From Basidiobolus meristosporus CBS 931.73 (lineage: Eukaryota; Fungi; Basidiobolomycota), in assembly GCA_002104905.1 (NCBI GenBank), contig MCFE01000392.1, positions 18,747 through 82,746 of the forward strand: a DNA stretch of 64,000 nt, written 5' to 3'. A program made the translations under genes and the position numbers. Shown one piece after another: positions 23,214 through 35,399 of the stretch. The notes beneath the pieces were generated by a model. That model was given only the letters and a program-made list of their open reading frames with translations, searched no databases and was not told the DNA's origin. Position 1 is the first letter of the stretch. Each line of letters starts with the position of its first letter.

Positions 23214-25066
23214 GATGCAACATTTAATTACTATTAATGACAGTTGTACAAGATACACATGGGTCTACATCATTGAGAGAAAGGATGACGGTCTATCTAG
23301 GCTCAGGGAGCTTATAGCACTGGTGGAGAGAGAAACTGGTAAAAAAATCAAGAAAATACACTCTGACAATGGTAGAGAATATACCTCAAAACTTTTCATC
23401 CACTTCTGCAAAATTCAACAAGCAGAGCAAGAAACAACTGTACCAAACTCCCCACAGCCAAATGAAGTAGCAGAATGTGCAAATAGATCAATAATTGATA
23501 TGGCAAGATCCATGATCCATTATCATAAATCATCCTGTGATTTTTGGGTGGAATTAGTTGCCACAGTTGTATAACTTAAAATTAGGAGCTGTAGCAGAGT
23601 GCTTTGTGATTCTGTTCCACTTGAAGCATGGTATGAATAACGGACAAGTGCCTAGCACCTATGATTATTTAGGTGTACAGCATATGCCACAAAACATCCC
23701 TGGAATCTGTTATAATTTGAGCCAAAAAGTGTAAAATGCATATTTTTAGGCTACTGCAATGATATTAGAGCATACAGACTCTACAATGCCAAAACTAAGA
23801 AGCTGATCAAGTCCAGGGATGTGTTATTTGATGAATATTCAAAATGCTCATAAAAAATGAAATCAGATGTTGACAAAAATTTCATCTCAAGTCAACTATT
23901 TGTCAGGATTGAATCACAGCAAATCAATGCAAGCTTTTTCACTCTAATGGTCTCTACAACCATGGTGCAGCCTGAATTAGCACCCAGGAATATCCCAGAA
24001 GTGATCATCCAATATCAAATGACAGGAGATCTAACCAGACAAACATAACCCAAATTACTATATCAATGAGGGTACATACTTAGCCCATGCCTATTTGGTA
24101 TATGGTGATGAGCCCCAGACTGTAAAAGAGGTCCCAAATTGCCCTCAGACAAAACTTGGAGATCTGCATTGACTGAAGAATATCAGGCCCTGATGGAAAC
24201 TCAAACTTAGCACTTGGTCAAATTACCAATCAACCAAAAATTGATTGGATGCAGATGGGTCTTTAAGACAAAGTACAAGGCTAATGGTCCAGCTGAAAGA
24301 CACAAAGCAAGACTTATGATCAAAGGATACTCTCAAACAATAGGATTTGACCTCACTGAGACCTTTGCACCAGTAGTCAGTTTAATTCCATCAGATTAAC
24401 ATTGGCTATTGCAGCCAAATACAAGTTTTTGATAAATCAAATGGATGCAAAACTGTATATTTGATTGGAGAACTTGAAGAGGATGTGTATATGGATCAGC
24501 CTGATGGGGTTGCTGACCAAGATAACCTGCATTTGGTCTTCAAGCTTAAAAAAACTTTATATGGACTCAAACAATCACCAAAAGCCTGGAACTGCAAAAT
24601 GAATATTATTTGGCATCTTTGAGTTTCATAAGGAGTAATGCTAATTATAGTATGTGCCATAACCCATATAGAGCAAATCCAGTTCTATTAGCTCTATATA
24701 CAGATGATCTTATTATAGCCACAAATAACCTAGAAACTTTGGAAGAGACTAATTCCAGCCTATCTAAAGAGTTTAAGATGTCCAATCCAGGAGAACACAA
24801 TTACTACTTAGGGATAGGGTTCTCCATGGATAGGAGTACCCAGACTATTACTCTAAGCATTTCTGGTTATATTCAAGATATACTAAAGAAATACTAAATG
24901 GAAGATTGTAAACTGGCAGCTACCCCAATGGAGACAAACCTTACCCTATGAAAAATAATTTGGTCCCACTAGTGAATTCAATCTAGATCAGCTGTCAAGA
25001 TCCCATAATGAGACTGTCATAACACCAACAGCTTGGAATAAATGACCATCTACACAATCTTATGAC

Positions 25067-25415
25067 TGTTGTAGAAATTTGTATTTCCACCTAAATATTC
25101 ACCTAACTTCAACACTTAGATCATCACCTTCAAATCCTAGAGAATACTGACCAAAATTCCTTGTTGGGATTTACTTAGAATACTTTCACTAAAATACCAG
25201 GTACCCAGAACATGAAAATTCTCAAAGTTGTCCAAACAGCCCCAAACTTTGCACACATGTTCTTGGGACCTTCCTTAACCTATTCTATGTGTTTGTTATG
25301 CCAAGACCAGGTAAAAGTATAAATACTACTTTACATTCAGTATATCATTAAGTGAAAACCACATAATCTACTTGTTCTCCAAATCACTTCCAATATCTCC
25401 AAGACTCTTACAGCA
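25067..25415 (+). mobile_element. Solo LTR of copia family C (349 bp)
   Basis: Matches LTRs at 56097-56445 and 60430-60778. Perfect 5-bp TSD ATGAC. Confidence 0.93.
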
Positions 25416-26214
25416 ATGACAGTATCACAATAGCATGTGGCTAATTTTACTGCCAAATACAGTTAAAAAACTGAATGGTGTTTAAGCAGTGTTCTACCTA
25501 AGGTAGCATGGCATTGTTGTGGTCTTATTGTGCTCTAGAACTATTTAAGTGAATTTAACTGGCCAGTATATCCAATTGCCTTATGTGGCAAGAACTTGAC
25601 AGTGTTTTGATGGCCTCCTTGCAGCCTCTGATGGCATTATCACAGTGGCATGGTGGCCCACAGCTAGTTCTGTATAATGCTACCATTTCAACTTAACAAA
25701 TGGTGTGCCCTTTTCTATATCCCCTTGCACGATTCATATACTCTGCTATAGAATCACCCTTCTTTTTTTGCTTACACACTTCTACCTTGGGCATTCCACA
25801 TATAGCTCAAATCAAAAAATAATATGGCCTCCTGCTTACTAGCCTCTACAAACAGGCACATCTGCCATAATTGACATACTTGTATCACCTTAACTTTAAG
25901 GCTTTTTAGTTCAGTACTTGCAAAGTTCCCTTATACTATGTATTGCCGGTAACATATACATCTTTCAAACATATCCTTGGTTGCCACCACTTCTGCCATG
26001 AACACCTCCTGAATATCAACAAAGGACTCTTTAGTATATAGTCAATATGTTCCTTCTCCCCAATGAACTCCAGTTCCCCTTATAGATGTGCTCTGGCTCT
26101 TGATTGTGTTAATATTGTATTGAATGATGTAGAAGTTGGCTTATGACCAAGAGATACCTGGCATACCTTGGTAGAGCTTTCCTAATAGAAATTACTTGCA
26201 TGTTGTACCCAACC

Positions 26215-26750
26215 CAGGAATTTGGGATGGAGCTCATCAACAGCAGACTGGGATTTGAGATCCCAGATCTTGATGCAGGATGAGGTGGCAGCACAGAGCC
26301 AGTATCTGTTGAGGCTGAAGACCAAAGCAGTAACTTCATCACTAGCCTCCATGGAGTAAATGTGCTTGCTGTTATTGAGATCCACAACATGACAACACCA
26401 TCCTTACCAGCAGTAATGCAAAGGGAACCATTAGGAGAGATGATAACAGTGTTGATGTAACTGGTCTGGCCAATATGGTTGGTGCTGATCTTGCACTTGC
26501 AGAGATCCCAGACCTCAAGAAGCAAAATGCAAGCAAATGTCACAGGCTAGGAGAGAAGAGGATTGGATGTGGGAAGAAGGGTGGGTAACCAGAATATGGT
26601 GATAGTTTGTTTCATGGCAAGTTGCTCTGAAGTAACAAGTATTTTCATACATTGTGTAACCCCATGCATCTTTGCTCAGTTCTGGAGATATACATACCTT
26701 CACAAGCTTTTCCCAACCACCAGAGACAATGACAGGGTTGGCAGGCACTG
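26215..26750 (-). pseudogene. RACK1: Captured internal fragment of RACK1 (Asc1/Cpc2, WD40 ribosomal scaffold): partial exon, 184-nt intron (26697-26514), partial exon
   Basis: Joined translation PANPVIVSGGWEKLVK|[99 protein letters not shown] matches the RACK1 WD4-WD6 signature (GWDKLVKVW...SPDGSLCASGGKDG...[12 protein letters not shown]...DEL). GTATGT donor. One 1-nt frameshift near 26384. Confidence 0.93.
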
Positions 26751-28369
26751 ATACCTTCAAAGTAGCCCTTAATTCTTTGCTGTTATCAATGTTTGCCATC
26801 AAAAATGTGGGATATATTTGTACTTGATTGATACTGAGTGAAGTACTCAATAGCTTTACAATATCTTCCAACTTCAAGAGCTTCTTGATATGGGATATTA
26901 CTGGAATATATCCAGAGTGTGTACAATGTTTTCCCCCAATGGTGGAGGATTCCTGACAAGTTTGACACCTTGAAATAGTAGAATTTTCTGATGTGAATGC
27001 TATGCAACTGTTAACACATGTTGGTAGCAGGATAGTCTCTGGTTCATATGTTACAAGCTGCATGATGGTTATCCATTTATACCATGTACATGGTCAGTTA
27101 CATCCAGGATGATTTTGACATTAAGTAGTAGTAAATCCTCAAAGCCCCATTACTTATATTAGTGGAAATATGCCACTTCTCTTGCCACAACCTCACATCA
27201 TTCAGCAGTCAATGGATTACTTGGCTTGCTTAGCTCAATAAAGTATCCTGGAATTTGTTTCCTGAGGTGTTGTCTCATGGCATATTGGTATTGTGCTAGT
27301 CTCATGCAGGGTACTGTTGTTTGGGAGGATAGGCTCACACTCCATCAGTACATCTGCTTCTTCAGAGCTATTGCTCTGTATGCCATATTTAGAAGACTAG
27401 GGGGAGCCTAAAGGTATTGCAAACTCACCTGACTAAGTTGGAGCAAGGTGGCAAGTATAGCCAGGTGCCATTACAGAATATCAAGTGGCCAGCAAGATAT
27501 TGTTGGTACAGTAGTGCCTGGTGAAAGGTCATATACAACTTGTGTGGCAAAACACTTGCTGTGATCCTTGTAACACCTCCTATGCTGTCTGTGTACTTCA
27601 TGGCTGAGAGGCTTGCCATAATAGCCACATGGTCTTTTTTCTCTTCTCTTACAGCATTGAATCAAATTAGTCTTGTCTATTGGGCAAACAATTTAACACT
27701 CAACTTCATAATGCTTTTATATCATTTTTTTGTCAAAACTTGTATGAATATGAGACATTGCACCTACATGAATGTATGATTCAATGATGACCTACCATAG
27801 TAAGCATTCTAAACAAAGTTATGGCACCACATACACAAATACATGTAACACAGTTTCCCCATTGGTTTGGCTCACTTCCATATATATGCAACCAAAAAAT
27901 AAAGCAAAGTTGACTGGTTCCCAACCAAACCCCACTGCGGACAGCAGTAGAAGAATGGTTGGACAACAGCTTGCTTTAACATTTAGTGCCATTAGCAGGG
28001 CTACAAACAAAAAAGGCCCTGTGGACAGTGGGTCTACTGAAGGCAATAATGCACACTCCTCAGGCTCTTGGTCAGGTATGGAATTGGGAATCTCTTTGGG
28101 GCTGTAGGCTGACCATAATGCTGAGGCAAATAAGTATGTAGCAAAAGCAGTGCTTTCAGTTAAAGACCAGCAAGTGGCCAACAAAACATTGCCACCACTT
28201 GTATTGGCAAGTATATTGTCCACTAATACACAAGCATTAATGAGGCTATTAGGTGCAGTGGCTGATAGGATAGATGCAATGGCCCAGAGAAACCAGGGAA
28301 TAGTTCAGAAGCTGGATCAGTGGATCATAAGTGTAGCGCAATCAATATCCCAGGTAGAGAAAGAAGTGC

Positions 28370-29570
28370 CTTAGCTGCAAACAAGGAACTCAAGTAGCTC
28401 AATGTCACAACCAAAGCTGAGCAATTTCCCAATGTAACAGCAGAAGAAAACTGCACAGTCCTTGAAGCGCAACAACAGTGCCCAAGGATACAACCCACAG
28501 AAACACCTATCACCACATGAGAGGGAGAAAATGAAGTGTTTATACCCAAGCCCAAAAATCAAAAGACATTATAGATCTGTGAAGTCATTGGGTGCACTGA
28601 TGAAGGGTGAGCCAATGTGTAAGTGGCTATCAGAAGTCCAGCACAGCATCATCTTAAGGCCAGCATATTATGGGACCATCAGAAGCTCAAGGCAAAGCAG
28701 AATGCACTTGACTTGTTCCATGAGCATTATCCTGAGTTCAAGCAGGCAAAAAGATTTTGAGCCAGCATTGGTATGCTAAGAAAGTATCTTAAGAATAGCA
28801 GAAACTATCAAAGGTGGAAGAACAAGGGTGCAATGGCTAAAATCCAGTGGCTTCCTCAAGAGCCCATTACTAGCAGGTCCAAAAGCTCCAAACAAGCATC
28901 AAAGAGACATCAAGTAGCTGGAAGATTACCAATTAGGGGAAAGCAGGTAGACACAGATGTATTGGTACAGTATTTATCAAGGAAAAAGCGTTTTTCTACT
29001 TAAGCAGCACTCAGTGAAATTAGCAGTGAAGGACCTGGCAAATTAAAAACCAGCACCTACCTCAGGAGCCCATTACTGCATGGGCTGTGAGCTCAAACAA
29101 GTGGGAAAAAGTGTTAGGTTGCCTGCAGAGTGCCAGCAAGAGACAAGCAGGCCAAAGCAGATGCATCACAACAGGATTTATCAAGGAAAAAAGGTAGTTC
29201 AATACAAGAAGCACCCAGACAAAGTATCTGTCAAAGACCTGGCAGTAATAAAGGAAAAGGTACAGAGAAAAAAGTCTACCCAAGCCAGAGACAGGGAAGC
29301 ATAAGAAAATAGCTGCAGGTCTTGCTAATTTACACTGTAAGCCCAGAACAGACTTAATTCCATCATAACCAAGGAGAGTCACTGACAAGAAAACAGCTGT
29401 TTGCAGATATGTTGGAAGCACAGACAGATGAGCTACACTCCAGTGAGATAAATGAGTTTGCAGAGAAATGAAATTCACCTACCACAGTGTCCACATCCTC
29501 CAATGTTAACAGGGTGGAAATCCCACTGTCAGACAAAGTAAGTAGGCTCTATGAAAATGATTGTAATGAT
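28370..29570 (+). pseudogene. Divergently oriented accessory ORF of the CMC family (K/Q/S-rich, internal repeat), degraded
   Basis: ORF pieces 28462-28779, 28773-29003 and 29080-29312 are homologous to minus-strand ORFs 38188-38961 and 39868-40802. Opposite strand to the transposase in each copy. Confidence 0.6.
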
Positions 29571-30464
29571 GCATCTCAAATTGAAATTCCCATGACTAAG
29601 AGGTAGTGATCCCATCAGGACACTGTGCAGAGACTGTTGAAAAATAATTGCACTCCAGATTTCCCAAAAAACTTAGCCAAAATTTTTCTTCACTACAATA
29701 GACTTATTTCATTGTACTGTGCCAGGGCATGCAGTGCAATCCACAATCTCTAAGAGCAATTGGGTGCAATATTACAGCTACCAGTAGGCAGGATTGCTCT
29801 TGGACAATTTTGCAACATGTGGGAGAATCATGCACACTATGGTATAATTGGACACAATGAGGTTGGCATGGATGATTGCGCCAATTTGCAATATTTGCAT
29901 CACATGCACAATTGGATACCGCTACTATGGTAGGAAAATCTGGTATTTGAATATGTTTCTTTAATGTAAGTGGAAATATATGTATATCACACTATAAACT
30001 ACACTGTTACTTACCATTTTGGTTACCATCCCTCCAATTGGATGGAATGTCAATGGCTGATTGATTCAAAAGTATTCTGAAGCTGTCAGCCCCCAATGGT
30101 CACCTTGACCAAAACACAAGCTACCTGATTTGCCATCATATATCCCATTTTGCCCGTTGAGCAGGTAAATCCCTGATCCTAGTGGTTGATTAAGGTGTTG
30201 TGCCAAGCACTTGACCAATCAAACAGGTGCAAAACAAATCAAATGGCTGCACTGGTGTAACAGATGATGTATATATATGCAGGGTGTTTATTTATAGGGG
30301 TTCTGTCTCAAATGTGAGACAACCTTGACATTGCTTATATCAAAAATTTAGTGACCGCTGATTTGCAACGGCTTGATTTGGATTGCATAAAAAAATGTAT
30401 TGTTTGGATCATGACAAATAATAGCAATTCAATGCCATCATATCATCTTCTCCTAGGTTTTTTT

Positions 30465-33400
30465 TGTTGCAATTTAAGAAGTGATTTGGATATAAGGAAA
30501 TTACCAAGAAATAGTGATAATAGTTGAACTGTTGTTTATTCATAAAGAAGCTCAGTATTTATACCTTTGTAGAAGTAATACAGCTGCAACACTAAGTAGG
30601 GAGGGTTTCTCAATATTCAGGAGCATTCTGTAACAGTTTCAGGGTTAGTACATAATGTTTGGTAATAGTGCTAATTTGATCCTGACTATAGGGGAATAAT
30701 CATAAGATCATATATCTGGAGAAAGTGGCGAAGTTAAGGCAGTAAATGAGTCCTATAGTGACTAAGACTAGCCTAGAACTGTTAAGTAAATTGTTAGCTG
30801 CTGAATGATACCAAATAGTCCAATATTTCAACACTCCCCCTCAACTAAATAATTTCTTTATCCCAATTTCTCTCTAAGGATCTCAAACTGTGGCCTAGCT
30901 AGTGGTTTTGTCAATATGTCTGCCACCATTTTGTCAGTTGGGCAGTAAACCAGCTCCACTAAGTTATTTTCTACAGCTTCCCTCACAAAGTGATGCTGTA
31001 TATCAATGTGCTTAGTTCTGGCATGATTAGTAGGATTTCTAGCTAATGAAATATAACTTTGATCATTTTTGTAAATACATGTTGGTTCACCTGAATTAAA
31101 ACCTAAGTCTTTGAATAATTTTTGTAGCCATATAGCCTCCTTAGTTGCTTGACATGCAGCCATATATTTGGCTTCAGTTGTAGATAGGGCCACAGTGGGT
31201 TGTTTCTTGCAATTCCAAGTAATAGCTGCACCAGCATAAAGAAATACATAGCCTGTGGTAGAGTGTCTGTCAATCAGATCCCTACCCCAATCTGAATCAC
31301 TATAACCATCAAATTTTTGCCTATTAGCTGCTCCAGAGTATTCCAGTACCATATTTATGGTACCTTGTAGATATCTGAAAATCCGCTTAACTGCTGCAAT
31401 TTGATCTGGTCCATAATTCTGCATGAATTGACTGACTATTCCAACTGCCACTGCAATATCTGGACGTGTAGACACCATCAAGTACATTAGGCTACCAACC
31501 ATTGATTGAAAGGGAAAGTTTTGGTCCATATTTGAGCTGTTTTCATTTATAACTGGCTGAGATTTGCTTAATTTCAGGTTATTGTCCATAGGGGTTGCTG
31601 CAGGTTTGCAATTTTCCATTTTGAAGCGTCTAAGAATGTCCCTGATGTACTTAGACTGATTCAGCACAATTTTCTGGTAGGTATGTCAAATTTGACCTCA
31701 ATTCCAAGAAAACAGCTCAATTTTCCAAGATCTTTCATCTCAAACTTGCTGAAGAGATCTGATTTTGTCTGTTTAAGTGCCTCTTGATCACTTAAAGCTA
31801 TAATTAGGTTGTCCATATAAAGAACTAGGATGATCACACCCTTTTTGAGCTGTTTCACATATATACTGTGATCTGTAGTGCTATGAGAGAACCCAATTTT
31901 CTCTAGATATGTGTCAATCTTGTTATACCATGCTCTGGGTGCCTGCTTAAGCCCATACAACAATTTTCTAAGTTTGCACACCTTATGGGGGCTTTTTGAA
32001 TGGGTAAAACCTTCTGGTTGCTCCATATATATAGTTTCTTGCAAATCCCCATTTGGAAAGGCTGTTTTGACGTCCATTTGGTGTAGATCTAGACTGTGTA
32101 AATCTGCCAGGGCTAGAACTGTCCTAATAGAGTTAAACTGGCAACCGGAGCAAATGTTTCCTTAAAGTCTAGTCCCTGGATCTGGGAATAGCCTTTAGCT
32201 ACCAATCTAGCCTTGTACTTATCAACGGCACCATTTGAGGTTATCTAGATCTTGTAGACCCATCTACATGCAATTGGCTTTCTCCCATTTGGTAAATCTA
32301 CCAGTTCCCACGTTTTACCTTGATCAGTGATTGGTACTCCTCCTGCATGGCTTGTTGCCACTCAGTAGCATCTGGACCTTGCATTGCCAGTTCCAGATTC
32401 TGAGGTTTGGCACATAAGGCAAGATAAGCTTCTTCATGATTGTTGGATGTCTGCCACCAGGATCCAGGGGCATTTCTTATTCTGGTAAATCTCCTAACTG
32501 GGATAATCTGTTCTGATCTGGAACTGGTAGAAGTATCTTCCATCTCTGGCTGGATTTGGTACGTATCTTCTGCATTTGTGTTGATTGCATCATCAGGCAG
32601 CTGGCCAATGATTTCTGTGGCTTTCTGATCTGAATTCTCCTCAAATACAACATCCCTGCTCTTGATCAGCTTCTGAATTTTGCCATCATACACTCTATAC
32701 CCTTTAGTATCTTCACAATACTCAAGAAAGATCCCTTTTCTACTCTTTGGTTCCAACTTTGAGCGTTTTTTGTCAGGGATGTGATAAAAAACATCACTGC
32801 CAAAGATCCTGAGATGCTGGAGATCTGGTTTTTTGCCTGTATATGCTTCAAAGGGTGTAGAATCACGTAGTGCTGTTGTTGGGCATCTGTTCTTGATGTA
32901 TACAGCGGTAGCAACAGATTCAGCTCAAAACTTGTAGTCCATTCCCTTATCATGTAGCATAGATCTTCCCATCTCTACTATTGTTCTATTTGCATGATCT
33001 GCTACTCCATTTTGCTGTGGAGTATGAGGAACTGTGGTCTGTTGAAGTATACCAGTAGACAAGCAGTATTTTGCAAACTCCTTTGAGCAGTATTCTCCTC
33101 CATTGTCACTTTGTAGTACCTTCAATTTACACCCAGTTTGTGTTTCTGCCATGTTCTTGAAGTGCTTAAACGTCTCTAAAGCTTCATCCTTTGTTTTGAG
33201 GAAGTACACCCATGTATATCTTGTCTTGTCATCAATAAACGTCATAAAGTATCTCTTGGCTCCAAAGGACAGTGTTCTCATGGGGCCACATATATCTGAG
33301 TGTACTATAGCCAATATTTTGGTGGTATTGATGTCTTTGGAGCTCTTGAAATGTTGCCTAGCTTGTTTGCCATATGAACATCCCTTACAAACATTCAATT

Positions 33401-35147
33401 TGATCAGAATTGAGTATTTTAGGCCCAAAACAAGCTGATTTTTCACCAATTGGCTCATTTTCTGTTCCCCTATGTGTCCTAGCCTCCTATGCCACGTCTC
33501 CCAGTTGGTTTCATCAGTTTCAGCAATGTTGACATACTCAGGTACAATGATCTTGCATTGTAACTTGTATATAATGTGATCTCTGATTCCCAAAGCTAAT
33601 TTTTGTCCATTTTCACTCAATATTGAGCAGCTCAGCTTAGTAAAAACAAATTTCAGTCCCTGAGTAGTTGCTTTACTGATTGAGAGTAGGTTCTTAGCTA
33701 TTCCAGGTACATAGAGTATGTCAGTCAGTTTTGCTGTTGTTGCCCCTGAGTTATCACTCATATTTAGTTGTATAGACCCACTGGCAGTAGCTTCCAATGC
33801 AGAGTTATCTCCCAGATAAACCTTTCTTACAGGAATAGTCTTTAAGTTGCTGAACCACTCCTTTATACCACAAATATGCTGTGATGCTCCAGAGTCAATA
33901 TACCATTCATTACTCCGGTTACTTGCACTCTCTTGTACAGTGATAAATAACTGTTCATCAGTAGTTATATGGTTTGCCTGCTCTAGTTTCTATTTTTTGT
34001 CTGCTTGTTTCTTCTTGCATTCTCTTGCCCAGTGTCCTGGCTTCTTACAGTAGCTACAGCAGCCAGGTTTTCTTTGGTTTTGTTGCTTTCCCTTCTTTTC
34101 TGTATGTTTTTCTGAACTGAATAAAGCATTATCTTCAATTTTCTCTGCTTGATCATTACGTCTGAGTTCTTCATGGAGAAGTCTTCCTTTGACATAGTCT
34201 AAAGTCAAGTTGTCTTCTCTGCTTTCAAAAGAAAGTATGAGTGGCTCATACTTGTCTGGTAGGCTGCAAAGCAGACAGAGTATCTTTTCTTAATCATCTA
34301 CACCAGCATTAATACTGTAAAGTTCTTCTGCAAGTGTCTCCATTCTGGCAATGAGTTGTAGCATGTCATCATCTGGCTTTTTTCTCATGTTGAAGAACTT
34401 TTGTTTCAAATAAAGCTTGCTTGATACTGACTTTGCTCTAAAGATCATCTCTAAGGATTCCCATGCTGCTTTGGCAGTATTTGAGGCATGATTTTGTCCA
34501 ATGAAGGAGTCTTGCACATTGATGCATCTTGCATGGAAGGCCTTTCTCTCCTTCTCTTGAAACTTCTCCACATCTTCTGCTGTTCCTTTGGGCTCAACTT
34601 CCTTTCCTGTTACTATGTTCCAAAGCTTTCTTTCCTCAAGGTGGATCTGCATCTTGATTCTCCAAAGTCTGTAGTTCTTCCCATCAAACCTCTCCTTTAC
34701 AGGGAAGATGTTGGTATTGCTTTGTTTGCTGGTAGAAGTCATCTTTAGAATAGACTAAGGCAATCGGGGCTCATAACCTGTTGCAATTTAAGAAGTGATT
34801 TGGATATAAGGAAATTACCAAGAAATAGTGATAATAGTTGAACTGTTGTTTATTCATAAAGAAGCTCAGTATTTATACCTTTGTAGAAGTAATACAGCTG
34901 CAACACTAAGTAGGGAGGGTTTCTCAATATTCAGGAGCATTCTGTAACAGTTTCAGGGTTAGTACATAATGTTTGGTAATAGTGCTAATTTGATCCTGAC
35001 TATAGGGGAATAATCATAAGATCATATATCTGGAGAAAGTGGCAAAGTTAAGGCAGTAAATGAGTCCTACAGTGACTAAGACTAGCCTAGAACTGTTAAG
35101 TAAATTTTTAGCTGCTGAATGGTACCAAATAGTCCAATATTTCAACA
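30465..35147 (-). mobile_element. Full-length Ty1/copia family A copy 2
   Basis: 369-bp LTRs (30465-30833, 34779-35147). TSD TTTTT, with the empty site (7 A) at 12234-12240. PBS GGTTATGAGCCC at 34778-34767. PPT 30834-30842. Confidence 0.96.
30858..34742 (-). pseudogene. Copia A2 gag-pol, broken by several stops and frameshifts
   Basis: ORF pieces 34290-34742, 33990-34208, 32925-33797, 32298-32756, 31661-32077 and 30858-31667 are nearly identical to the A1 polyprotein. Confidence 0.93.
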
Positions 35148-35399
35148 TTTTTCTCACAGGGTTTACTACTGAAGCAATTGGTAGTGATTCACTTTGCACA
35201 CCTAAACTACTTTCTTGTTGACTATCCTCTTAGCCATTTGTGTATTTGTAGTCAGTATTTTGCCTCCTAGTTGATGAGTGCAATGCTGCAGCTTGGCCAC
35301 GCTTAAATGCTCCATATGATGCTACCGAGCTGGCCTGCAGTGCTACACACTAACATGCTCTTTTACTTGCCAAAGGCTCTAGTGGTGGAGGCATTTCAT

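Larger units (their letters stand above)
17876..24943 (+). mobile_element. Old degenerate Ty1/copia family C-like element (protease to RT), host of copia A1, cut at 24943 by a CMC insertion
   Basis: IDSGASQH protease remnant ~17885. ORFs 17970-18386, 23206-23574, 24214-24399 and 24610-24897 match the family C polyprotein at 57397-59772. Reading resumes across the GATGC TSD. Confidence 0.8.
24944..29590 (-). mobile_element. CMC/EnSpm DNA transposon copy gamma, non-autonomous, carrying a captured RACK1 fragment
   Basis: Terminus CCCTATGAAAAATAATTTGGTCC at 24944. Reverse complement is colinear with copy alpha except that the transposase core is replaced. The other end is lost at a junction near 29570-29590. 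Confidence 0.85.

Noticed and set aside
26109-26751. Functional host RACK1 gene or processed retrocopy
   Set aside because: Only an internal part is present, with a frameshift and element sequence on both sides. The intron argues against a processed retrocopy.
29691-29699. CACTACAAT as a canonical CACTA terminus
   Set aside because: The empty site at 39381-39407 shows it is flanking DNA. The inserted element starts at AGACTT (29700), and the true CMC termini are CCCTATGAAA.
23214-30464. Inversion between the oppositely oriented copia A1 and A2
   Set aside because: Each element keeps its own matching TSD pair, so there is no net inversion.
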